Source: a virus
Lineage: Duplodnaviria; Caudoviricetes
Length of the DNA stretch: 49,268 bases
IMG/VR virus record: IMGVR_UViG_3300011415_000006
Coordinates: 1-49,268 of that record
Strand: one strand, 5' to 3'
This document shows positions 16,814-27,900 of this stretch, in pieces. Numbering within the stretch: position 1 is the first letter of the stretch; every line of letters starts with the position of its first letter. A program made the position numbers and the translations under genes. The notes beneath the pieces are model-generated. The model had not been told where the DNA came from and ran no database searches. It saw nothing but the letters and a program-made list of their open reading frames with translations.

Positions 16814-17098
16814 TTCGGTGAACGTCATCGGCCCCAAACCGATGTACACCGAATAGGGGGCTGGCCGAATGGGAGCGGTCGGCCCCCGTTAATATTCTCA
16901 GTTGAATAGTGCGATGCTATCTAAACAACGATTCCCTAGATACAATAAGCTCACGGTGTACCTTGAGACTTTGGCAGGTTTTCTGCAACATCTTCGGGGT
17001 GGTTTGGCGGATAGAACTACGGGGGTAGGCACGGTTTCAGCTGGATAGGTTGCTCGGTGATGGTAAGGCGGGGGCCTGATACCATCACCGAGTAACTG
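16814..17098 (+). ncRNA. Hairpin-rich intergenic region, candidate structured RNA
   Basis: At least six consecutive hairpins including a cUUCGg loop and a 17-bp stem at 17049-17096. Confidence 0.35.
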
Positions 17099-17130
17099 CA
17101 TAGGGTTCAGAATGAGCCCTAGGAGGAACG

Positions 17131-17403
17131 ATGATAATAATTAAGAACGAGAGCCAGCAAAAGCAATCCTTACAAGAGGAAATGGAAGAGCGGTTTAAGC
17201 ATCCTCCGGTCGTAGAGCAGAAGCACGATCGCCTCGAAACTATCAATCAGCTGGTTGAGAAGTGGTGTCAATCTCAAAAGAAAACAGACGAGACAGCGTT
17301 TGGTTTTCTTGAAGCCGCCTACGATGCAGGCTTCTTGGAAGGCGTATACGAGGAAAAGAATCGGAGAAAGAAAGATGGCGTTAGCAAAAACACAGAAAGA
17401 TGA
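17131..17403 (+). CDS. Hypothetical protein
   Basis: RBS AGGAGG abutting the palindrome; AAYDAG motif. Confidence 0.7.
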   Translation: MIIIKNESQQKQSLQEEMEERFKHPPVVEQKHDRLETINQLVEKWCQSQKKTDETAFGFLEAAYDAGFLEGVYEEKNRRKKDGVSKNTER

Positions 17404-17680
17404 AGGGATGATTGAAGTAGTAAGTATCGTTTCCGGCTCGACGTTTCAGCCGCTGGTGCAGATTAAGTGGGGCGATAAGGAGGGCCAGCTTTCGGTCGAA
17501 GAGGCTAGGGTGCACGCTTTAATTATCCTTGAGGTTGCAGAAGCCGCAGAGTCGGACGCATTTGTATTCCAATGGTTGACCCGCGACATTATCGGCACGG
17601 CCGAGGACGAGAAAGGAAATTGGGATGAGGTTATCGCTCAGTTTCGAGAGTTTCGTGAGAAGAGAATAAAGAGGATATAA
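17375..17680 (+). CDS. Hypothetical protein
   Basis: RBS GGAG; EARVHALIILEVAEAAESDAF. Confidence 0.7.
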   Translation: MALAKTQKDEGMIEVVSIVSGSTFQPLVQIKWGDKEGQLSVEEARVHALIILEVAEAAESDAFVFQWLTRDIIGTAEDEKGNWDEVIAQFREFREKRIKRI

Positions 17681-17973
17681 TGACGAAAGAACAGGAAATG
17701 AAAGCAACCGTTGAGGATTTTCTCGACCGAGTGCTAGGTCGGATGGCTTCCGGCGTTAGACCGGAGAACTACACCCTATCACGCAAACAGCTTGTTAACC
17801 TATTGACTGGCTTCGGGATGGGGCTTATCCAGAATCTTATGCAAGATATTGTAGAGATGAAAGCAAAGCGGCTTAAGCCTACCATAGAACGAGTGGCCGA
17901 GAAAAACGATAGGGCTCAAGATGAACCCTTCGGGGATGCGGAGATTATTGAGGAGAAAACAAATGAACCCTGA
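17680..17973 (+). CDS. Hypothetical protein
   Basis: TAATG coupling; RBS GAGG. Confidence 0.7.
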   Translation: MTKEQEMKATVEDFLDRVLGRMASGVRPENYTLSRKQLVNLLTGFGMGLIQNLMQDIVEMKAKRLKPTIERVAEKNDRAQDEPFGDAEIIEEKTNEP

Positions 17974-18274
17974 AAAACACATAGGTATTCACGACTTCAC
18001 AAAGAAACCGGTAACGATTCAAGCCGTGCAGTTATGCTGGAAGAACTGGAACGATGTCTGTACGTTCCTCGGTGAGATTGTCTCGCCTCATAATCCTGCC
18101 CGTAGGACGGACACGTACTCGGATACGTGCGGTGAAGTTGCCCCGTTCATTGAGCTAGACATTCCAACGATGGAAGGCATCCATACGGCACGTCACGGCG
18201 ATTGGATTATCAAAGGTGTTGCCGGCGAATTTTATCCGTGTAAGCCAACCATCTTTGACCAAACATATGAGTGA
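17963..18274 (+). CDS. Conserved phage protein (KKPV...GDWIIKG..GEFYPCKP family)
   Basis: Characteristic motif; RBS GAGGAG. Confidence 0.8.
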   Translation: MNPEKHIGIHDFTKKPVTIQAVQLCWKNWNDVCTFLGEIVSPHNPARRTDTYSDTCGEVAPFIELDIPTMEGIHTARHGDWIIKGVAGEFYPCKPTIFDQTYE

Positions 18275-18638
18275 TACTGAACACATACTCGTAGTAGTCG
18301 CCCGACTTAAAACGAATCGTAAAAAGATGACTACTACGATCGTGTTACCGGAAGAAGTACTGGAAGAGTCTGCCGAGGTATTGGCTAACTTCCTAAAAGG
18401 ATTACGCGAATCAATCCGTCTAGGTTTTGAGAGAGTATCATTGAACGATGAATTTTCTATAACCCGTGCCACGATAGCTGAACGAGAGAGGTTCACTCGC
18501 CCCCTTAATGAAGAGGACTTTGAAGAAAATTCTGAGTGGAAACAGTTGGGCTACAAGGTTGGTGATGAAATCGCAGAATATATGTATTGGGGTAATATGG
18601 AACTTAACAAAGACTTCTTTGAGAAGGAGGAAGAATGA
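18267..18638 (+). CDS. Hypothetical protein
   Basis: Overlapping start; acidic C-terminus. Confidence 0.6.
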   Translation: MSDTEHILVVVARLKTNRKKMTTTIVLPEEVLEESAEVLANFLKGLRESIRLGFERVSLNDEFSITRATIAERERFTRPLNEEDFEENSEWKQLGYKVGDEIAEYMYWGNMELNKDFFEKEEE

Positions 18639-18843
18639 AACAGTATATAGGTATAATTTTAGTCGCCGTAAGCTGGGCTATTGGACAGCTAATTGGTTGG
18701 AATACTGCTAAATGGTGGTTCAATCGAGGTAAGAAATGAAAGACAAAACAAAAGATTCACTCATTGCATTTATGATATTAGCATTTTTAGCCACTACCAT
18801 CTGGCTCTTTGTTCTACTCTTTGGACAGGGCTCATAATGAGCC

Positions 18844-21759
18844 CTATAATCTATCCGCTCCGGTTGGTGAATACTTCTGTTGCTCGGGCAAAGTCTCGTA
18901 GGCCTCAAGTTCGTGCCTCTTAGCCTGCCTCGTATCACCACCACCATCACCCGTTCCGGTCGTGCTGTATCCGCCAGGACTTACAACGGGCTCTGGTGTT
19001 GCCGCCGTACCACCTTGAGTAAGAGTCGCTTCGTAGAATTTCTCTTCCTTCGCCACCCTATCATCGAACGCCGCCGAAAGATATAACTTCCCTGTCAAGG
19101 AACTCTGTTGGGCACTGTCGCTAAACTCCAACGACTCCACCGTAAAAGGCGTGTAACTTAGTCCCTGCATCGTCTGGTGACGGACAGCAACTATATCCCC
19201 TTCTTCGTGGAACATCGCTCGGATACCAGTTTTCCAGCTAGAGTATAAGTTACCATCAACAAAGTCTATCGTTGCAGACTTAGTAAGCCACGCGGCCTGT
19301 CTGTAATTATCCACGAATCTCAAATCCAATTCAAGCAGGTTGAGGTTTCGTTCCTGCTCGGCGGCATCCCAAGCTATCCGCGGCTGGATTTCTGTTTCAC
19401 GGAAGTCCTGCACGGCAGAAATGTATGTGCCCTTAACGCCGTGATATATCTCTTGCTTGCGATCATTGAACACAAAGTCCCGCATATTATCACGAATACC
19501 ATCTAGGTTCTCTTCGTCTTTAGCATCCTCATAGACTTCAACGACACGAATTATCTCTTCGCCGATGAAGTGATCGAACTTTAGCGGAGTTTCCAGCTTT
19601 ACATAACCTGTTTGACATCGGACAACTATTCTGGTTCCTGCACCTGTAAACACATCTGCCGTCCACGTATCGCGGAACACTGGCGATGCCATCAACCGAA
19701 CCTTAAACATCTGAACGACAACTTCAAGTGTATCGTTTTCAGCTACGAAATAATCCCACGTATAACTTGTCCCGTCCGGCTCGGTAAACGAGAGAGCAAT
19801 CCGTTCCCCCACAGTCGGAGTGCCTGAGAAATCTATGAACAATTCACTTGGGCCGCTCTCCCGCTCCTCGAATGAGCCAGTTGTGGTGACGGTCGTGCCG
19901 CCAGAACTCTCGACCGCAACTCCTGTCAGTTCTGAACCGTTAACGTAACGAACGCCGGTAGGCTTACCTATCTCCCCTTCCAGTTTCCCGACACCTATCA
20001 ATAGGTATCCGTGTCGCTCGATAAACTTGGATACGTTTGTGACACCTATTTCGCCTTCTCCGGCTATGGCGTTGACGCGTACCCAAGCATTATCGGCGGG
20101 TTTCCTGCAATCTATTTCCACCTTTCCATACAAGTTGAATCGCAGGAAGCCTCGGAACGTCGGCAGTAATAACGAATACAGAACATCGCTCAATGATGAG
20201 GACTCATTGATAACACCGTTAGCAGTAAACCGTAGGGCAAGATATGTTCGTGACTGACCTATCGACGCATCACCCGCCGAGGAACCCCACCAGATGTCAG
20301 CAGGATAATCCTCTGGCGTGGCAAAGGGGTCATTTTGAGCCCTAAGGATATCGCTGTTGATTCGGCTGGTGCTGGCGTAACGTGTCCACAAACCTGCATC
20401 GTAGTTGGCCGCATCGGCTCCACTAACAAGGGGTTGCTCGGCATCGGTATCATCTTCGAGAACGTTGAAGCAGTAGTCAGCTGTGTCGATGTTCCTTACT
20501 TCATTGAACCACGCCTTCTTAATGACAGTGTATTGCCAGTCGGTCAAGATGTGGCGTGTTAACCATACGGGGTTGTTAGACCACCGCTGAATGAAGTTAT
20601 CCATCGCATCTGGAGCATCAAGTATTTCCCCCTTAATAACCGCTGTCGTAGTAGGTGTCTCTTCTGGTTCGTCTGCGGGTGGTGAGCCGCCAAACGTTGC
20701 ACCCAGATATGCCAGCTTGGAATTGAAACCACTAGCAGGGAAACGAATATCGGGATACTGTGACCCTTCACCCCCATATTCGCCCAGGTGTTGCGTGACC
20801 TCGGCGACTGTCAACTTGGGATTTAGACAGGTAATGTTATAGAATCCTTGTATCAATCCTTTGCATCCACCAAGCAGGGCAACAATATTTGTACCAGTGT
20901 CCGCCCACGTAAAAGGATAGAGCTCAACTTTAGCCCTACCTAATACCCGCGGAATGGTTACGTCGCTATTCTCCGACTGGTTCTTACTACTCCACTGAAC
21001 TGGTGTTTTTGTTTTCCTCTTAATCGTGAAGAAAAACAGGAACTTTTGCTTGACCACTTCCTCGCGTATAAACCCACCTTGGACTGTGACAATCTTTTGC
21101 CCCTGATAGAACCTCTCGTTTGCCAACTCGACGCACCGCTCATTGGTACGATTACAACCACCTTGCCCGAAGCGATTGAAGGCATCCTGATACTGTGGGG
21201 ACTTTTGCTCAAAAGTTTCAGAACCCAAGCAATCACCTCGACCGAACCATAGAGGGCACGCTTGCCCATATTTTTGGGTTGCGATTTCATATGAGAAATT
21301 ACCTATTTCTTGACTACAACTTATCTTAACGGATTTCTCTGTGATACTTTCAACTGCCGCCACTCGCCCCCACCAGATAAGGCGAGTGTCCTCAATACGT
21401 TGATCGGTCAGGCCAGGGAATATCATTCGTACTGCAACACGATAACCACGAATGAGTTGAGTGAATACGAAACGAGAGCCGGAGTTAATAAGTCTCTCGA
21501 CGTTGACCAGCTCAAGAGCTAACTCATTGAACTCTTTACCGATGAACTTATCGAGGCTAGGGATAGAGGTTATCTTATCCTTGTAGGCGAGCGTTCGCCA
21601 GAAGAAGCGACTGTCTGACATACGGAACATTGCTACTTCTGGTTGACTGTAAATATCGTCTTGTGTGGGTAGGTACATTTCAACAGCAAGATAGTACATC
21701 TTGTGTTGATTGATGGCTTCAAGCATCGGCCGAGTTAAGTTGTGGTACTCACTTCTCAT
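18844..21759 (-). CDS. Tail tip/hub protein
   Basis: 971 aa, last gene of the tail module; Cys cluster CPLWFGRGDC...GCNRTNERC; WSNNPVW and EEGDIVAV motifs typical of tail-tip proteins. Confidence 0.75.
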   Translation of the reverse strand: MRSEYHNLTRPMLEAINQHKMYYLAVEMYLPTQDDIYSQPEVAMFRMSDSRFFWRTLAYKDKITSIPSLDKFIGKEFNELALELVNVERLINSGSRFVFTQLIRGYRVAVRMIFPGLTDQRIEDTRLIWWGRVAAVESITEKSVKISCSQEIGNFSYEIATQKYGQACPLWFGRGDCLGSETFEQKSPQYQDAFNRFGQGGCNRTNERCVELANERFYQGQKIVTVQGGFIREEVVKQKFLFFFTIKRKTKTPVQWSSKNQSENSDVTIPRVLGRAKVELYPFTWADTGTNIVALLGGCKGLIQGFYNITCLNPKLTVAEVTQHLGEYGGEGSQYPDIRFPASGFNSKLAYLGATFGGSPPADEPEETPTTTAVIKGEILDAPDAMDNFIQRWSNNPVWLTRHILTDWQYTVIKKAWFNEVRNIDTADYCFNVLEDDTDAEQPLVSGADAANYDAGLWTRYASTSRINSDILRAQNDPFATPEDYPADIWWGSSAGDASIGQSRTYLALRFTANGVINESSSLSDVLYSLLLPTFRGFLRFNLYGKVEIDCRKPADNAWVRVNAIAGEGEIGVTNVSKFIERHGYLLIGVGKLEGEIGKPTGVRYVNGSELTGVAVESSGGTTVTTTGSFEERESGPSELFIDFSGTPTVGERIALSFTEPDGTSYTWDYFVAENDTLEVVVQMFKVRLMASPVFRDTWTADVFTGAGTRIVVRCQTGYVKLETPLKFDHFIGEEIIRVVEVYEDAKDEENLDGIRDNMRDFVFNDRKQEIYHGVKGTYISAVQDFRETEIQPRIAWDAAEQERNLNLLELDLRFVDNYRQAAWLTKSATIDFVDGNLYSSWKTGIRAMFHEEGDIVAVRHQTMQGLSYTPFTVESLEFSDSAQQSSLTGKLYLSAAFDDRVAKEEKFYEATLTQGGTAATPEPVVSPGGYSTTGTGDGGGDTRQAKRHELEAYETLPEQQKYSPTGADRL

Positions 21760-21783
21760 AAGCAGTAGGGTTCAATTTGAGCT

Positions 21784-22056
21784 CTAGCCAAGTTCTTCCG
21801 CTGGTGGTTTTGCGGCATCAATCTCTTGTTGTGAACCGCTACGGTAGACAAGATTAATTCCTTCGTAAATCATATCAGCAACAAATTTACCACGATTGGC
21901 CGGAGTGTCCGGCATACCGTTTACTATTCGTCTATTCCATTCGCTAGGATACCGAGCTATGAAACGATTACCGAGTTTCGTTAATGATGTGCTATCAAAA
22001 TTGCCAGTCAAGGCTGAAAGTAAATCAGTCTTGAATCCTTCAATATCATTTGCCAT
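21784..22056 (-). CDS. Small protein downstream of the tailspike (possible chaperone)
   Basis: 90 aa; RBS GAGG; stop supplied by the palindrome. Confidence 0.65.
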   Translation of the reverse strand: MANDIEGFKTDLLSALTGNFDSTSLTKLGNRFIARYPSEWNRRIVNGMPDTPANRGKFVADMIYEGINLVYRSGSQQEIDAAKPPAEELG

Positions 22057-22058
22057 AT

Positions 22059-24887
22059 TTAAGTCCTCTTATAAACTCTCCATCTACCTATATCACCATC
22101 GTACATCATATCTGCCGCTTGGTTTGCTGAAAGCGTGATATCTGCACCTGTTGAACAAAGCAACCGATTCGAAGCGGCAGAACTTGTACTTTCGTGTTTC
22201 AATACAATCGGATTTGCTCCAACATTAATAATAACGCGAACTTCACCGCCCCAATTTGAACCGATTGCATTATTATAGAAACCAGTTATATCACGCGAAG
22301 CATCCGAAGAAAGACGTTGCCAATGTGAACCTGCTAAAATATAATCATTTTGGTTAGCGGTAATCACCGCTGGTGTTCGGGGAGCTGATGCCCAAGTACC
22401 ACCTGTTCCTGTTGAATTATTCTGAAATACAACCGGAAATTGACCATTTAATACCAAAAACGATCCGGTAGCATTTACAGAAACAGAATTACCCGATGAA
22501 TAACCAATTAATTGAAGTGTATTCGTTGGACTATTGCCATAAATATTCTGGTCTACTGGTATACCAATTGAGGCTTTTACGTCCATTTTTTGCGTGGTTG
22601 CGTCAAATTTAATTTGGTCGGCCGCACCCACGTCTGTAAAAACAGCAAACCTACCACCTACTTCTGAATACAAATGAACAAAGCTGCTATCATCACGAGC
22701 CTTTAGCTTAAGAGAATTTGTTGGGCCAGAAATTGAAGGGTTTCCTGTAAAGGCGGGTGAGTCCAGTGACATACTGCCGCCACCGCCAGGGCGTCCAACC
22801 TCTCTAAAACCTCCATCAACCCCCTTGAACACCAGCATTGCTTTCTGGCCGGCTGTGATTGTAAAACTCGGAACAGCATCGAAGCCCGTCGAAAACGTTA
22901 CCGTTGAATTTGCAGTAGCATCGAGGTAAACGTGTAAGTCCTGTCCGTCAACAATCAAATTGGGGAATACGACGCTTAATATTGTGGCCGCCGCATTGAC
23001 AGGAACCCTAACCTGCTTTGCCGTTGTCGGGTCAAGAGTTCCACCTGGAAATCCTACCCATTGAGTTTTCTCATCAAAGAGAACCGAGCCGCCGTAACCA
23101 CTATTTGGGCCAATAAAATTCTCAAGCGGGTACGGGTGTTCGATAGTGTACCCACCTGCATTAACATATGCTCCGTTCGGAACACCTAGTCTCCAAGTCG
23201 CGGCTCCGTAGATATGAACCCTAGCTTTGACACCAACTTCATCGGTGATACTTCTGCCCATCACCATACCACCATAAATATTTGTACGGATACCCTTCTT
23301 GAAATGGAAGTACCCCTGCGGATTATCGCCATACCAACAAACCGGCCTTGAATAATCTTCAAACGCTCCGGTATCAACATACTGTGCATAAGCCATTCCT
23401 TCGCCCTGATTGTGACCTATGTTGATGTTAGAAAATGCCCCATTAAGATACAGAATACTTCTCGGACGATTTACGAGTATCGGACGATTACCGTTCACTC
23501 GCCAAGTACCACCTACTGCACTGAAAGGGATCAAATTGAGCCCTCCCGTAATAGCACTGTCTCCGTTTGTGTGAAGGCTTCCAGTATAAATGCCGCCACC
23601 GTATGTTATATTCAAGAAATATCTTTTCGAGACTTGTACTCCTGTTGGAATAGCGTTATAGACATACACAGGGTCACCGCTTTTCATTGCCGGAGTCGTA
23701 CCGTCAGGTAACATCGGCATTGTAAAAATAAACGTACCATCAAGATTTGTATTTGCGGCAGTCACATCGAAACCATAATCCTGAACACTTCCGATAACAT
23801 TTCCGTCAAAGGTGCAATTACCCGTAACCTCTAAGGAACCAACGGACTGACAATGAAGGGCATCAGCAACTCCGTTGTGATGCGGATGAAATTGCGTTCC
23901 TATTATACGAACACCGCTATTCACGCTATTGGAATAGAAACAGCCAACCGTCTGACCAAAGAGATAAGAATCTCGAATAGTAATGTTTATTGCCATCCAA
24001 GACTTTGCCGGTGACAAATCGTGATGAGCAACCCCCCACTGTCCACCGCTAACAGCAACGTTTTTAATATGAACGCCGTTGGTACTCGTACTTCCACTAT
24101 AAGTCCCTTCAATTAAAATACCGGCTTTCCCGTTGCCAGCAGTATCCCAACCGAGAACTATTCCTAAATCTTCAAAGTGAACCTTTAACTGTTGGTCGCC
24201 CACCTTAAAGACGCAATTCATATTTGCTTCGCCGGCTCCACCTGCATTTTGAAAGAAAACTGTGCCAATGTTATTATCTGGCCCCATCGCATAGCCTCGA
24301 TAAGTGGAGAAATTAGCCACTCTAAGATGAGTTAAACCAGTGTCAAGAACGTAATTACCATACGGAAATTCAAAAACACCGCCACCTAAATTCTCCTGAC
24401 TTAAGGCAATACATTCCCAATCTTTATCTGTAATGATAGGATTAGGAACCTCGACAGTAGGTTCAGTGAGCCAGATGCCGGCCTTAACTGGCCCGATTAC
24501 TGAACCAGTTTCAAGTAAAACTTTTCCTGCACCATAGAAGCGTCGAACGTGACCTGCCTGAATGAAATTACGAATGAGAACTGTATCGCCAGCACGATCA
24601 ACTGTAAGCCTTCCGTTACCTGCGAACTGTACTTGCCACGCTATTGGAAAGTCGTGAACTGTGTTCGTTCCACCGTCAGGAAAAATATAATCCTTCGTTA
24701 TCATAAGGTGACATTTAGTGTTCACACCGATTGCCGCCTTTGCCGCATCGAGTGAAGTATAGCCACCAAGATAACGAACCTCAGATAAAGCATCCAAGGT
24801 TGTGCGGTCAAGAACACTAAGCAAACGATTAGACAGTGCAACAGCGATGTCGCGTGTATAAATTGGAAAGGCGGTAATTTCTGTCAT
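22059..24887 (-). CDS. Tailspike / receptor-binding protein with right-handed beta-helix (pectate-lyase-like)
   Basis: GGGVFEFPYGNY entry motif, repetitive G/N/I beta strands, position in the tail module. Confidence 0.75.
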   Translation of the reverse strand: MTEITAFPIYTRDIAVALSNRLLSVLDRTTLDALSEVRYLGGYTSLDAAKAAIGVNTKCHLMITKDYIFPDGGTNTVHDFPIAWQVQFAGNGRLTVDRAGDTVLIRNFIQAGHVRRFYGAGKVLLETGSVIGPVKAGIWLTEPTVEVPNPIITDKDWECIALSQENLGGGVFEFPYGNYVLDTGLTHLRVANFSTYRGYAMGPDNNIGTVFFQNAGGAGEANMNCVFKVGDQQLKVHFEDLGIVLGWDTAGNGKAGILIEGTYSGSTSTNGVHIKNVAVSGGQWGVAHHDLSPAKSWMAINITIRDSYLFGQTVGCFYSNSVNSGVRIIGTQFHPHHNGVADALHCQSVGSLEVTGNCTFDGNVIGSVQDYGFDVTAANTNLDGTFIFTMPMLPDGTTPAMKSGDPVYVYNAIPTGVQVSKRYFLNITYGGGIYTGSLHTNGDSAITGGLNLIPFSAVGGTWRVNGNRPILVNRPRSILYLNGAFSNINIGHNQGEGMAYAQYVDTGAFEDYSRPVCWYGDNPQGYFHFKKGIRTNIYGGMVMGRSITDEVGVKARVHIYGAATWRLGVPNGAYVNAGGYTIEHPYPLENFIGPNSGYGGSVLFDEKTQWVGFPGGTLDPTTAKQVRVPVNAAATILSVVFPNLIVDGQDLHVYLDATANSTVTFSTGFDAVPSFTITAGQKAMLVFKGVDGGFREVGRPGGGGSMSLDSPAFTGNPSISGPTNSLKLKARDDSSFVHLYSEVGGRFAVFTDVGAADQIKFDATTQKMDVKASIGIPVDQNIYGNSPTNTLQLIGYSSGNSVSVNATGSFLVLNGQFPVVFQNNSTGTGGTWASAPRTPAVITANQNDYILAGSHWQRLSSDASRDITGFYNNAIGSNWGGEVRVIINVGANPIVLKHESTSSAASNRLLCSTGADITLSANQAADMMYDGDIGRWRVYKRT

Positions 24888-24917
24888 AACCTAATAGGGC
24901 TCAAATTGAACCCTTCC

Positions 24918-27900
24918 TCAAAGCATTTCAGTTATAGGATACTGTTCATCGTCCTCAATCGGCCAAATTCCAGGCGGGTCGTCGATTATCATTGGGGCGG
25001 ACAGAGTTCCGCCACCAGTGTCAGGAACTGGTGGAACGAACAACCATTTACCTTCTTGACGTAACGATACCACTCTGGATTGCTGATGAGAGAATATATC
25101 GTGGTTGCGTTCAAATCGAGTTATGCGAACATACTTAAACAGTTCACCAGAGTGAATATCAACAACCGTGAAGTACTTCACATAGCCATCCATCGCCCGA
25201 TAGAAATTCGACAGCCTCTCTGCCGTAGCTAAAGCACAATCACAAGTAGGATTCTCGGGCGGACATAAACAGGCAACGTCACCAGACTCTATTAGGTTGA
25301 CGTATCCTATATCCCAAATCAGGATTCCTTCGTCGTTTCGATTCTTGACTTGTGATGTACCGCCTAACATTGTTAGCGAGTTTGGTAGAAAATCTTCGTC
25401 GTGTGGCAACCACTTCTGCGGGTCTGGCCCACAGAATTGTGGTGTCGGGTACATTGCCTGAATCCGTACCTTGAAAGTGTAAGTTTGCATAGCACCTACA
25501 ACTTCTACCTCAACGAGTTTTTCACCAAAGACTTCATCTGTCTCGGCGTGGGGTGCAGTAAGTACGCCAGCGGACGTGATAAGCGAAGGATAGTTTGGGG
25601 ACGAAAATACGCCAACTACAGTTGAGATAAGCGTCAGAACCTCACCCTGAGCCATATCCTCACCATAGAATCCATCTTCCTGCACGCCAAGCACTCGTAA
25701 CTCCGGCTGAACCTGTAACTCACAAGTAGCAGTTGCTCCACCTATCTGATAAAGGAAGTCTACTAACCCTACTCCAAAGGGTGCTTGCCAACGAAGTCCG
25801 TCAAGTATCGTTCCAGCACTAGCCGTAAAGACTCCGCCCTTACCTCCATTCGATTCAAACGGTATTATCTCTCCTTCAATGGCTAGGGAACCACAGGGTT
25901 GGTGGATAGGGTGGATATAGAGTGGTGAAACGTGTACAGGTATATCTCGCGTCGATCCCAAAATGCCGCCTTCGCTGTGCGATAAATGCACTACCCTATC
26001 ACCTTCCACATCGACGGTTACGCCAAAACGTTGAAGGTCGAGGATACGGATTGTTCCGTCTGTGGCAGGGTCGAGAACAGCCGTGATATTGTTCGTGTTA
26101 TAAAGGGATACGTATTGATCGAATCGTTGGCCGCACCCGAGAATCCTGTTTCCGCTGTACTGGCAATTCCAGATGCCCTTGAAGTAAGTGACATCAGGAG
26201 GAATCGGATAAGCCCGTCGTGTCAAGAAGCCTCCTAAGTGGCTAGTCGAAACGATAACTTGCGTTGCCGTTACCTGTATTAAGATGCCATCGAACTCATT
26301 GGCGGTACTGGTATAGTCACTAGCCGCCCCACTTATGCTAATCCAGAAATCCCACTCGTCACTTCCGCTGTCAAAGTCTCCGGTAACAATGATGGCCCAT
26401 CCAGTATCAGCTTGAACGGCCGTATAAAATTGTTGATCGTAAAGTCGATACGCATCGAATCCTGCATAATGCGTCCAGCTCATTCCGCGAGGAATGTTCC
26501 GAACGTTTACGACGTTTGTATTTGGGTATCCGGTTGCACCGCTTTTGATAATCTCACCCGCAGACAGAGTACCTATATACATACCCGTCCACGTAAAATC
26601 GTCAACCCGCAGACCGAACGGAATAGCAGGTAACGTAACGCTTCCACCGATTTGTAAGCTACCCTCAACGCCGGTTGCTAATTGGAGGACGGACGGGACT
26701 GCCAATATCGAGCCTGGGGCTAAAGCGACGACGTTCAACGTGTAGACCTGCTCGTCATATGCTCCGACAGAATCCGTTGCTCGAACAGTAAACCCGTAAG
26801 AGCCGGTACCTGTCGGCGTGCCATAGAGCAGACCACTAGAGCTCAAAGTGAGCCCTACTGGAATTGTTCCAGTCGGCTTTGAGAACGTAACCGCACCGAT
26901 GCCGCCCACCTTTACAATTTGAACCGAATAAGGAATCGTAACTGTCCCATTTGGTAGAGAAGTCGTAGTGATTTCTAAAGGAATCGGTGGTGCTTCAATG
27001 TAAGTGTCCTTAAGACTTTGTCGAGTTGCCGTTAAAGATGAGCCTGTGACCTGATAATCAGTACCGGCGATATAGGCAACGTCCCACTGACCCATCGAAC
27101 CACCTTGGTCGGCACAAAGACGGGTTATGTCGGTAATGACTGGGTCTTCAAGTATGCACTCGTAAACCGCCCACTGATTAGGGATAATTTCATCTGTTAG
27201 AACACCGTCTCGATAATATACGTGTGTACGAGCAACCGGATTCCAATGTAACGGAGGAGTAGTCGGGTCTACATAGAAATTGTAGTTGCTGTCAATCGTC
27301 ATCAATGGCTCGGAGCTATCAGGAGGAACTAACCCTCGATAGGCGGCCACGACAAAGAGATGCTTTATCCTCGTTGTCGGCCCGTTCATATAAACGGGAC
27401 TGACGCCACTAAACCGTACGCACGGTTTTCCAGTTGGTGTTTGGTTTGTTTTATAAACTGCCGGAGCCGCCGACTGTAAATCTATATGGCCTTGCGTAGC
27501 TGGCCAACCATTTTGGGGAGAGCCATCGGTGTTGACGATTGATTCAACTTTCCATTCGTAGAGCGGCTCCCCTCTGAATACTACGACAGCTGATGCAAAG
27601 GCGTTTGTCCACGTTGGATTTTCGGGGGCTGGTGTTGCTAAAAGTTTGTAGGCTACACCAACGATACTCTGACCTGACGTTCCCGTTGTGTTAGCTAACC
27701 CTATGTAGCCAGCGGGAATCGCGGTCGAAGTGTTACAAATAGCGGTAGTCAGAACAAGCGAGTTATTTGTCGCTGGCGTAACTTCGCCTGGCTGTGTACC
27801 TGTGGCATCCGACATAATAGTCGGAAATTCATTTGCTACGCCAGCGAACGCCTGAACCGCAATCGGTAGTCCGGCACCAGTAACTGAAAATGTATGACTT

